DNA of 64,000 nt from Eledone cirrhosa (taxonomy: Eukaryota), in NCBI GenBank assembly GCA_964016885.1, contig OZ024740.1, positions 387,128,001 through 387,192,000 of the forward strand. The letters are read 5' to 3'. Position 1 is the first letter of the stretch, and each line of letters begins with the position of its first letter. Under the pieces are notes generated by a model. That model made no database searches and was not told where the DNA came from. It was given only the letters and a program-made list of their open reading frames with translations. Both the position numbers and the translations under genes were made by a program. Below are positions 1-12,849 of the stretch, in pieces.

Positions 1-788
1 TCATGGTAATCCTCGTTTTGGTTTTTAGAAAATGGCAGGTTTGTCATTCAAAATCAAGAACTATTACTAATACCTTCAATTTATTTTTTTAGTGAACATG
101 GAGTTAAAATATTTTTTAAGTGCTGTGTATTTTGTTCTACTATTGTTAATGAAGAAATTCCTTTATTAATAGGTTTTTCTACATAATTGATGCTACGAAG
201 ACTTACATGATAAGCTAGAAATGCTGCTAACTGTAATTCTAATTTTGTCATCTCGCTACTGGAAGAAAAAAAATGTTTTGATAGTTTACTGTGAATTCTG
301 GTTTATTACTACAGTTTTTTTTTATGCTTAACTGAAGAAACATGTTTTATGAGATTATATTTAAACCTTGTACAATATACATAAAGCTTTATTGTCATCA
401 TATTTTACTTCTCTTTCAAAGCTTGAAAACAACCACCTCCTCGAGTTAACTAAAACACGAATAATTTCTCACAGCTGAAGCCATATTCGTTCTAAAACAA
501 TAGAAGAAACAAATTTCACCTCGAAAACGAGACGGGCATAATATTCACCTCCAAATACGAAAACTTCCAGGGTGCCCTCTCCAACCAAGTTAACTAAAAA
601 AAACTAAAAAAAAACGAATAATGTCCGATGGTTTTGAAACATCAATATTAGTTTTACCTCCAAAGCGATAGGAGTATAATTGTAAAGAAGTCTGTGAATG
701 TCACATATAATATATATATCAAATCAAAAGGTTGATTTAAAAACTCACAATAATCCCCTATGATTCAAGGAAGAGAAACCGAGCTCTT

Positions 789-895
789 TATAAATCATTG
801 TAATGAGAGAAAGACACATAATAGATTATGTCAGATAATAGGGAATATCCCCTATTATCAGACATAATTTATTGTCTTTCTCTCATTACTATGAT

Positions 896-900
<5 letters not shown>
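789..900. repeat. Imperfect palindrome (fold-back, ~52 bp arms) next to a (TA)n tract
   Basis: tataaatcattgtaatgagagaaagaca...gataataggg mirrored by ccctattatcagacataat...tgtctttctctcattactatgatttata. Confidence 0.85.
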
Positions 901-989
<89 letters not shown>

Positions 990-1069
990 CATATATATAT
1001 ATATAACCTCGTGTGTGTGAAAATCTCAGACTTCTGAAATGATCACCCTCTCCTCCCCCGCCGTCGTGC

Positions 1070-1113
<44 letters not shown>

Positions 1114-1180
1114 AAGGTTTAGCAAATAATGAAAAAGTTTCAAAATAAATTTTAAAAAATTGACTTTACCTACTATAGTT

Positions 1181-1264
1181 ACCTTTACCAATCGGTTTCG
1201 AATCCCAAAAATAAAACGGAGACCATACGGCCTTCGTTGCAAAGAAAGATTCTCGTCAGAAGGT
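1181..1264 (-). ncRNA. Type I hammerhead ribozyme motif, intact core
   Basis: Minus strand reads ACCUU-CUGACGA-GAAUCUU...GGGAUUC-GAAA-CCGAUUGG-UA^AAGGU; stems I, II and III can all pair and the core matches consensus. Confidence 0.85.
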
Positions 1265-1483
1265 TCTTTTCATTCAAAGAATATAAAATTCCTGAATTTA
1301 AATCACAAACTAGCGCTATCAAAACTGTTCCTGGGATGAGAGTGGATGATGTAGAAACAGGTTTATCAAGGGCCGTAGCAAAGATAGAGGCAAAAGGAGG
1401 TAGGTCAAACTAGCCACATCTATTGCTAGCAGCAGTCAGGACGACCAAATTTGTTCTCAACATTAGTGGAGGTAGTAGTAATA

Positions 1484-1564
<81 letters not shown>

Positions 1565-1567
<3 letters not shown>

Positions 1568-1788
1568 AAGTATGTATGTATACGTACATACATATATGTA
1601 TACAGACGTACAGTAGCATGCATATATATATATATATATATATACATACAGGTACACATACATATATGAACCGCTAAACTGATGCGTGCATATATGTATG
1701 TGTACCTGTATATATATATATATATATATATGCATGCTACTATACGTCTGTATACATATATGTATGTACGTATACATACATACTTACA
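1565..1788. repeat. Palindrome, ~100 bp arms with a 20 nt loop, beside (TA)n
   Basis: tgtaagtatgtatgtatacgtac...gtagcatgca...caggtacacatacatatatg, loop aaccgctaaactgatgcgtg, then the reverse complement. Confidence 0.9.
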
Positions 1789-1846
1789 TTTAAGTAAGTG
1801 CCATACTAAGAGTGAGAAATGAAATTTCGTTTTCATTTTATTTCAA

Positions 1847-2032
<186 letters not shown>

Positions 2033-2301
2033 ACCAATCCTAATACCTAATTTTTGCTGGACCGGCAATCGTTCTGTATAATCAGGAGCTGATTATTACT
2101 GGAATTCTATAAGAATCCAGCTTCAGCTTCTATGATTTTCGGCAAACAGTGTGAAACAGACTCTGTCAGCTTCTCTCCCTCCTTTTGCGAAAAAAAGAAG
2201 TGACATAGTCACTACTTTAAAAATGATAGCGCAAGGTCTTCAAAATGTTTTTAATTAAACATACGGTATATTGCCAAATATACTATACATACATTCATAT
2301 A

Positions 2302-2399
<98 letters not shown>

Positions 2400-2407
2400 T
2401 GTGTCTA

Positions 2408-2726
2408 CAATGGAACCTCGTGAAGGTCATTCGTCACCCAAAATGTTCGAAAGCCAAAATTATTTTTCCATACGAAATGGTGAGAGAGAAATAGAGTAAG
2501 AGAGAGACTGTATGTGAAAAACAGATTGATATCACCATAGTAACTCACTAAACAGCATGTGGCGCTTTCCAACCGATACTCCAAGCTTGTTACCAACCCT
2601 TTTTGCCGGCTTGCGTGTTCGTTACACGAGACACCATTCGTGAGCCGAGACGTTTTATGTTCGGAAAAATTATTCGTGAACCGATTTATTCGTGATGAGA
2701 GGCGTTCGTGAACCGAGGTTCCACTG
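2408..2726. mobile_element. Tc1/mariner (pogo/Tigger-like) MITE
   Basis: TA|caatggaacctcg ... cgaggttccactg|TA terminal inverted repeats (TIRs) with TA target-site duplication (TSD). Confidence 0.75.
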
Positions 2727-2793
2727 TATATATATATAATATAGCTTTCACCGTACTTCTGACTAAAGGAACTTATACAAAAATAATTCAGTG

Positions 2794-3467
2794 GCTGAGA
2801 ACAGACTTCCTGATGACGAAACGGCTTCTCCATGCTCTCCATTTGGAAACCATGTTTATTCCCTTTCAGAAACTAATTAGTTGGAGTGAAATTTTATTAA
2901 GTAAGTTAATTTTTATAATTTTCTTATTTTACGTCTTTCATATAATTGTTCTGCATCCCCTTGCATTGAACCACACAAAGTTACTAAGACAAAACCTATA
3001 TATTTGCTAGCATAGGTATGCATCTGTATATATATCTTGGTAGATATACTAATTCTTTATAATTATCTCCAAATTATTTTGTTGAGCAAAAATTTGCCAA
3101 AACTGCTACTATAGTTCATAGTAATGGCTCGGCTACTGTCTCTTTAACACCCCACTCCTCACTGATTAACCTCGATGTCACGTGATTGATTCTTTTGAAT
3201 TTGCCACCGACCAAGTAGACAGTGATTTTTTCAATGTCTTGGAATTTAGTCCACGCTTGCTTTTTTCCATCCACTGAATTATTTTTGTATAAGTTCCCTG
3301 TGTCCACGCATCGCCTGGTAACTTAGCTGAGAACAGACTTCCTGATGACGAAACGGCTTCTCCATGCTTTCCATTTGGAAACCATGTTTATTCCCTTTCA
3401 GAAACTAATTAGTTGGAGTGAAATTTTAGTAAGTAAGTTAATTTTTATAATTTTCTTATTTTACGTC

Positions 3468-3473
<6 letters not shown>
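2794..3473 (+). repeat. ~150 bp direct repeat (2794-2943 and 3326-3473), pseudo-LTR-like, with a degenerate HHR-like motif
   Basis: gctgagaacagacttcctgatgacgaaacgg...ttacgtctttcata occurs twice, near identical; contains CTGATGA...GGAAACCATGTT; flanked by (TA)n. Confidence 0.7.
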
Positions 3474-3509
<36 letters not shown>

Positions 3510-3545
3510 GTATATATATATATATATGTTGGTAGATGTACTAAT

Positions 3546-3584
<39 letters not shown>

Positions 3585-3821
3585 CCGGGATAACAGATTA
3601 TCCTTATGGCAGACCACTTAGATGTAGTCCAGCTGGAATAGTTTTTGTAGTGGATAGTATTAACGTGTGGCTTAGTTTGACTCAACAAGACGTTTCCATA
3701 GTGATGCTGCGAGTTAGCACTGATTTCTATGTAGTTTATACTTGGAGTAATAATAAATCAAGAAAGAAGAGTGACATGGTTCGCTATACAATAAGGGCTT
3801 TATTCATTTTTTTTTTTACTC

Positions 3822-3929
3822 GCTCTGATGAAAAAGACTGGTTATAAACAAAGTATTGGAGATCGATTGGCGCATAATCAGGCGTATAGCGAACTCTAGA
3901 CCTTCCAGATCAAAGAAACAATTGTCAGC
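3822..3929 (+). ncRNA. Type I hammerhead ribozyme motif inside an inverted repeat (3756-3984)
   Basis: GCU-CUGAUGA-...-GAAA-CAAUUG-UC^AGC; palindromic CAAUUG stem III; ~50 bp flanking inverted arms extend stem I; base of stem II is weak. Confidence 0.7.
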
Positions 3930-4421
3930 AATGTGAATAAACCCCTTATTGTATAGTAAACCACGTCACTCTTCTTTCTTGAATTATATATATATATATA
4001 TATATACATACAACAATTTGAGCCAAATTTTTTAAGGCAAATACAATAAGAACTTTGGAACACAAACTGGCGCGAAATTTATTATACTTATTCACGTGAC
4101 AGTCATTAACCAACATAATTACTTTTTAAAAAAAAACAATTCGAGTCACTCTTTCCGTATAAAACAGAAAGAAGTTTCGAACACGAACCAGATGCGAGAC
4201 AAATCACAATAGAAACACAAACCCTCCATCTCCATTTTACTTTTGAAAATCATAAGAGCTGTGAAACCGGTAAAGTAAATAAATAAATATTCTTAAAAGA
4301 CGCCAGTTGCATTTTCAATTTCTTTTCTAGTCCTGTAGACGCCATTTCTATATTAAACATTTATACTCTGCTATGTATTGAGTACCTTACTTACTGTGGT
4401 TACCCCCGATTGGACCAGGAT

Positions 4422-4497
<76 letters not shown>

Positions 4498-4977
4498 TCA
4501 TTATATAAAGAGTTGGGGCCCGAAGGATTAGCTTTTGCCGTTTCAATAGCTAGATCCAGACTGTTAGCCAAAGGGGCTCACGGTTGACTGGCCATATCAT
4601 CAGGAACGTAGCTTGTCCATGTAAAGCTGTCCATCCAATTGTAAATTATCTTTATTGGATGTTGCAGAAAAGTTTTAGAATGAATTATTTGTATTTTATA
4701 TATACATATGTACATATTTAGAGAGTGGTTGTGTGTGTATGTATGTGAGTATTTATGTGCTCATCCGTGTGTATTTGAATGTTTCATTACTTATGTAGGG
4801 ATGGGTGAGATGGAAGAATCGTTAAGTGGAGGTAGAATTATATATATCGAAGATTTATGGGTGTCTGTATGTCTAATAGTAAGCATATCTTTCGCCATTT
4901 ATATGGCCGGAAAAAAACAGTTAGTATATTAACAGACAACGGAGCCAGAACATTAATGCCACAACAAGAGGCTAGAT

Positions 4978-5123
4978 CAGGCAGGGGTGACCTTTTTCGA
5001 GCAATGGGCCACATAGGATGTTACTCATCATAAGGTGGACCGCACTACTAAATAATTCGAGGCAATTTTGAAATTAGGCGTGACATTCAGGAAGCCAAAC
5101 GGGCCGCAGTTTGCTCTTGACAG
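4978..5123 (+). mobile_element. hAT-type MITE
   Basis: cagGcaggggtgacc...gggccgcagtttgctcttgacag with 8 bp TSD ggctagat on both sides. Confidence 0.75.
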
Positions 5124-5406
5124 GGCTAGATCTTCCTGGTCATAGAATAGCCCGGTTACACATTGACAAACTAAATATATCTGTCAACAAAATAGCTTAT
5201 TTTTTAGTTGTCTCAAAAGATCACAGACCAGCTTGTCTGTTATACAATTATTGTTGTTGTAGTTTCGAGCGAGTGTATTATTTCGAGTTCTTTTTGTTGT
5301 GTCTGTTACTGGTTGCTAAGCTAACACTTAATTTACCTTAAATTACATGTAGATGTATACAATTAAAAAACAACAACAGATTTTAATTAGATGAGTTCTA
5401 GTGCTA

Positions 5407-5627
5407 GATATATTTAATTTGTCAATGTGTGACCGAGCTATTCTGTGACCAAGAAGGTCTTGTCCAGTCATGGGCAAACTGCGGCCAGTTTGGCTTTCTG
5501 AATGTCATGCCTAATTTCAAAATTGCCTTGAATTTTTTAGTAGTGCGGCCCACCATAGATGAACCACATCTTATGCGGCCCACTACGCGAGAAAGGTTGC
5601 TCTTGCCTGATCTAGCCTCTTGTTGTG
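5407..5627 (-). repeat. Inverted duplicate of 4960-5185, including the hAT MITE copy (5465-5609) and both of its flanks
   Basis: atctagcctcttgttgtg is the reverse complement of 4960-4977; agatatatttaatttgtcaatgtgtgaccgagctattc is the reverse complement of about 5145-5182. Confidence 0.8.
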
Positions 5628-5653
5628 TATATATATATATATATATATATATA

Positions 5654-5919
5654 CGAGGGTGAACTGAAAAGTTCATAAGCTGACCGAGATACTCTCATGA
5701 AAGGTACTTGATAACACCACGATGCCAAATTTTGTCCATTTTCAAGAGAAGTCAGTATTAGTTACTTTTGAAGTCTTCTTTGAACAGTCAGATGTCAGTT
5801 TACTCGGAGAGTAACAATACAGTTATTAATAACAAGATTTAAAATTAATACGTGCAATATTTCACAGCTCTAGCATCATTCTTTCATGGTCAGCCAATGA
5901 ACTTTTCAGCCAACCCTCC
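5654..5919. mobile_element. mariner-type MITE
   Basis: TA|cgagggtgaactgaaaagttcat ... atgaacttttcagccaaccctcc|TA; a right-end fragment of the same family lies at ~56797-56829. Confidence 0.8.
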
Positions 5920-5959
5920 TATATATATATATATATATATATATATAGGAACAAGTAGG

Positions 5960-6054
5960 ACCCCGACGGCTGAGCTCAAGCCGTTCGACGGCTAATTCTG
6001 GACTAAATGAAAATTTTTATCCTGGTAAATGAATAGTCGAACTTCTCAGGGGGT
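5960..6054 (-). ncRNA. HHR-like motif in the 3' pseudo-LTR of PLE-1 (degenerate)
   Basis: ACCCC-CUGAGAAG-stem II-GAA-CGGCU.ugagcuc.AGCCG-UC^GGGGU; one A of GAAA is missing. Confidence 0.55.
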
Positions 6055-7130
6055 AATTCCATATATGGTAAAAGTGATTGTCACAAGGATTGGTCAAAAG
6101 TTTTTTGTTAGGACACATGATTCAATCATGGCATTTTGTGGAAGGTAGGGGTAGCTGAACTTGCCAGTAGAAGAAAGAGGGAGAGGGAGTGGAGGAAACC
6201 CAGTCAAGCGTTGAAAGTGGCAACTACAGCAGATTCTAAGGATAGTGTATAGAACGTCGAAAAAAGTATACTAGAGAAGGGGGGGGGAGGAAGTTGAAAC
6301 AATAAGTAAATCTAAATGGAGTAAATATATAGAAAATATAAAAAATATAAAAAATATTTAAAAAAAACAATTTCTGGTACTAGACCCCTTCCACAATCAT
6401 CAAATATCTCACTGGTACTGCTAAGCTATAGAAAAGTTTAATGGGTGGAAAGGAATACTAAATACGAGATTGTAGTGAAAGAATTTTATGAGTTAGTAGT
6501 AATCGGCCAAATCTATCTTACAATCACAGGTCAACAAATAGAGGGCCATCATACTAAAAAAAAACTTTAAAAAAAAAAAAAAATAATACGAAATAATAAT
6601 TCAGAATCCCGAAACTAATACGAAATATTAATTCAGAATCCCGAAACATGAATACTAATACGATATATATAAGTACTGCTACAATACATAAATTCTAATA
6701 CAATCTACATAAATACTCATACAATAAATATAAAAAACTAATACAACATATATAAATACTGCTACAATACATAAATTCTAATACAATCTACATAAATACT
6801 CGTACAATATATATGAAAAACTAATACGAAAAATTAATTCAGAATCCCCCAAAAAATAAATACTGATATACGAGAAACTAAAGCAGAAATACCATTAAGA
6901 AATCTAGAAATCACAGAAATGGGGCAGCAACCAGAGAAGAAAGCAAGTATCTGGGGTCTAGCATATCTGCTATAAAAAGCGGAATCGGCCAATTCTATCA
7001 TAAAATAAGGAGGGGGGGGTACTGAGGCTACAGAGAACCGAAGGGCTGCATCGGGGTGGGCGAGAAGGTGAAAAGAACGACGACAAAGAAGGAGATCTGG
7101 GGTCGGCAAGTGGGGTGTTTCAGCCCTTGT

Positions 7131-8990
7131 CTACACTCCCGGGTCATTATGGGGTTTGAGAGCGAAGTAAGTCCTACGCAATCTGTGTTTGCATGCAGTT
7201 ACCAGTTTGTCTTTCTTGTTTAGGAGTTGGTCCGTCGAAAACAGCATGTGTAATGTTTCCTCCGAGCATAAGTTACACAGACGGCGTCCTCCCGTGTAAG
7301 AGTTGGCTCTGGACAGTAAGCTCCAAGTGAGATTATAAGTTATATTGTTATCTTTGAGGTCCCAGATATGGCCCGAAAGGGTAGTGGCGTGACGCCGGGC
7401 CGGGTTTCGGAAAGTATGTCTGTGTTGGTATAGCCGGGTCTTGAAGTCACAAGCGGTTAATCCTATATAAGCTTTGTTGGAGGTGTTCGTCCTCACGTTG
7501 CACTGGTAGATCACATTACGATCTCTGCATCTGTTGTCGAGGGGGCAAAGGGATCCATCAGGACAGTTACACCTCCTGGTCGGCTCTCCACTGCTATCTA
7601 GGTTATTTCTTCCATAGGGGTTGAGTTTTTTGTTGTTAGAGGAGACGATGTTTTGTGCAAAGTTAGGTATGGTGCTGTATGGTATTTTTGTTGATTATGT
7701 TGTGGTAGCGGGTTTGTAGTGGGAAGTGTTTTTCGATGAGCCTAAAGAAGATTATCCCGATAGGTGTTGTCACCTCGGCATTGTGGGTAGGATTGAACCA
7801 CGTTACGTTGCGTGAGCGGCGGTGTCGCCTGCTGGTTCCGCTAATGGAAGCTGGACAATAGGATATTTCCTCCCGGAAGCCACTCTGCTTGAGGGCCTGG
7901 TTGTAATAAGGCGCATGTTCCTCGAATATCTGCTCATTAGCGGACAAACGAGATATGCGGAGGGAGATGTTTTTAACCAGGTTATTGGTGATGTTTCTAG
8001 GATGGTTCGACCGGCGGTGGATGTAGTGCAGGTTGTCGTTTGGCTTCCTGTATGGGTAGTACATATCGTTATCGAGGTTAAGGGTAACGTCCAGGAAGTT
8101 TACTCGGGTTAGGGACGTTTGTAGGGTTATTTTAAATCCCCAGTCGCGGAAGAAGCTGATTAATTGTTTACGGACCCGGTCTGTGCTACTGGGGTTGTAC
8201 CCTTTAAGGGTAAGGAGCCCATCATCACGGTACAATCCACCGCCGAATGCAGGAAACATATCGGTGAGTTTAAATAGTAGGAATAATCCTATAAGATCTG
8301 TGACCTCAGCCGAATCCGTCGCGCCCATACTGACGTCGAAGGGGGAGTCGGGAGCTCTCTTTATCCATTTGGAGTTGTCGAAAAGTATGACTGTCTTCCT
8401 GGCGTGGAGGATGATATTTCTTTCATGGTCGATGATGGGCGTAAGTGTCTCGGCAAAGTCCAAGGTGGCCGTAAGGAGCGGTAAGGTAATTGAAGCACAG
8501 TAACTCTCTATGTCAAACTGGATGAATTTTGTGTCTCGTTTGTCCTCCATATTGTTGAACCATGAGATTACTTCCTGGGTGTTAACCCAGAGGATAGGCT
8601 AAGTCTGGCGTTTTGCTTAACTTTTGGTATAACGCGGTCTAGGATTATTTTACTGATTCTCCCTATGTCGGACTTCGTTGGGTTTATAAGTCTGATAGAT
8701 GGTTTACGGTCGAAGTCGGATTTGTGATCCTTCAGTGTGAAGTAGGGAATCTGTGGGTCTAGGGGTTCCGTGCGGTCGGCGACCCCGAGGCTGGAGGTAA
8801 TTTGTTGTCCATCTCGATTTATGTCCTCGATGCTTGACTGGTTAGCCTTTTTATAGGTGGAGTTTAGGCTGCTCCTGGTCAGTGTGTGGTATCTATCGGG
8901 GTTGACGAAGTAGAGGTTACCAGTTTTATCGGAGTGCACCATGATGTCATTGGTGTTTTCATACTCTGTTAAATTGCTAGGGAGTTTTTG
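7131..8990 (-). pseudogene. PLE reverse transcriptase + C-terminal GIY-YIG endonuclease, frameshifted and 5'-truncated
   Basis: ORF pieces 8568-8942 (DKTGN, RLINP), 7663-8550 (FDIES, MGA, YRDD, FLDV), 7131-7514 (IYQCNV..YIGLT..FKTR, CNLC..E, LLN..CKH). Confidence 0.92.
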
Positions 8991-9269
8991 TAGGAATCTT
9001 CTCTGGTTGCTACCCCATTTCCGTAATTTCTAGATTTCTTAATGGTATTTCTGCTTTAGTTTCTCGTATATCAGTATTTATTTTGGAGGGGATTCTGAAT
9101 TAATTTTTTGTATTAGTTTTTTATATTTATTGTATGAGTATTTATGTAGATTGTATTAGAATTTATGTATTGTAGCAGTACTTTTATATATCGTATTAGT
9201 ATTCATGTTTCGGGATTCTGAATTAATATTTCGTATTAGTTTCGGGATTCTGAATTATTATTTCTTATT

Positions 9270-9302
<33 letters not shown>

Positions 9303-9803
9303 TATGTTGGCCCTTTACTTGTTGACCTGTGATTGTAAGATAGATTTGGCCGATTACTACTAACTCATAAAATTCTTTCACTACAATATCGTATTTAGTA
9401 TTCCTTCCCACCTATTAAACTTTTCTATAGCTTAGCAGTACCAGTGAGAGATTTGATGATTGTGGAAGGGGTCTAGTAACCAGAAATTGTTTTTTTTTAT
9501 ATTTTTTATATTTTTTATATTTTTTATATATTTACTCCATTTAGATTTACTTATTGTTTCAACTTCCTCTCCCCTCCCCTTCTCTAGTATACTTTTTTCG
9601 ACGTTCTATACACTATCCTTAGAATCTGCTGTAGTTGCCACTTTCAACGCTTGACTGGGTTTCCTCCACTCCCTCTCCCCCTTTCTTCTACTGGCAAGTT
9701 CAGCTACCCCTACCTTCCACAAAATGCCATGATAGAATCATGTGTCCTAACAACAAACTTTTGACCAATCCTTGTGACAATCACTTTTACCATATATGGA
9801 ATT

Positions 9804-9899
9804 ACCCCCTGAGAAGTTCGGCTATTCATTTACCAGGATAAACATTTTCATTTAGTCCAGAATTAGCCGTTGAAACGGCTTGAGCTCAGCCGTCGGGGT
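9804..9899 (+). ncRNA. HHR-like motif in the inverted 5' pseudo-LTR of PLE-1
   Basis: ACCCC-CUGAGAAG-uuCGGCUA...UAGCCGuu-GAAA-CGGCU.ugagcuc.AGCCG-UC^GGGGU; perfect stems I and III; core one nt short of CUGANGA. Confidence 0.7.
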
Positions 9900-9990
9900 C
9901 CTACTTGTTCCTATTACCCACTCTACTACCCTAAGTATTGAGTACTTTGGTGCGTTTGGTCCATCTGGTTCCTTACCACATTTCCACCGT

Positions 9991-10035
<45 letters not shown>

Positions 10036-10111
10036 ATAATAATAAATTTCAGAAGATCCCGTTAAGGATGAAGCAGCGATTCTTTGCTTAAACTTTAATT
10101 TGTTATTTTAA

Positions 10112-11603
<1,492 letters not shown>

Positions 11604-11632
11604 TGTGGGTGTGTATATATATATGTGTGTGT

Positions 11633-11744
<112 letters not shown>

Positions 11745-12198
11745 AATATATATATGTAGTGAATATATGTATGTGTATATATATATATAGTGAATATCAT
11801 TTCACACCTTTTATTGTTAAGATTTGTGATGTTCTATTAAGAGAACCGATTTTACTGAAAAAATCGAATAATGTATACCATTTTACCAGGGGGAAAAAAA
11901 TACTGGTCCACCCCCACACACACACACACACACACATATATACACAAACACATACACACGCGTACATCAACATACAAAGAGACTTACACACACACACACA
12001 CACGCACTTCTCCGTATAAGACAAAAGCTGAAAAATATCTTTTGACATGCTAAAGTTCAGACACATTCTTACTGACCATCGAATTACTCTGCTATACACA
12101 CACACACACATACACACACACACACACTTATCTTAATAGCCATTTGACACACATCGTTGCTGGCCATTGTCGCAGCATCGAACACCTCACTACTACTA

Positions 12199-12288
<90 letters not shown>

Positions 12289-12313
12289 TTGTTGTGAAAG
12301 AGTCATTTCTCAA

Positions 12314-12541
12314 TCTTGGCGCAAAACCAATTTTTTATCCACATGACCTCTACCGACCAATCAAAATTGTTTTGACCAAGAATTTTTGCTGGAGCCACTT
12401 TTTTAACATAAAAACAGTCTTGGCGCAAAATCAACTTTTTACATTCACATGACCTCTACCGACCAATCAAAATTGTTTTGACCACAAGCATTTTTGCAAC
12501 ACAAAAATAACGCTGGAGCCACTTTTTTAACATAAAAACAG
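12314..12541 (+). repeat. Tandem duplication, ~104-124 bp unit x2
   Basis: tcttggcgcaaaa...catgacctctaccgaccaatcaaaattgttttgacca...gctggagccacttttttaacataaaaacag occurs twice. Confidence 0.85.
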
Positions 12542-12798
12542 GTAGAATTCCCCAAACTAATCAGATCAGAGCAAACAGCACGGACACTCTATCTCAAAAT
12601 TATTTTTGAAAAGCATTTAGAAATGCGCAACCGGTAAAAACTTAAAAACTTAAACCACAACTGAATACTAACCCATACAATCACTACTACTCTTTTATTC
12701 CTAATTAAACCATTTTTCAACTGTGAACAATTTGTCAGCATTTTCTATTCCGTTTACCAATATATATATATATATATATACATGTGTGTGTATATATA

Positions 12799-12842
<44 letters not shown>

Positions 12843-12849
<7 letters not shown>

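Larger units (their letters stand above)
5946..9990 (-). mobile_element. Penelope-like element (PLE-1) with inverted pseudo-LTRs, inserted in (TA)n
   Basis: ~0.95 kb inverted repeats (5946-6940 and 8997-9913) flank an RT + GIY-YIG ORF; (TA)n on both sides. Confidence 0.93.

Noticed and set aside
4528-4608. Minus-strand CUGAUGA...GAAACGGC motif
   Set aside because: Stem II is plausible, but stem III/UH is broken and stem I has no partner; at best a dead HHR.
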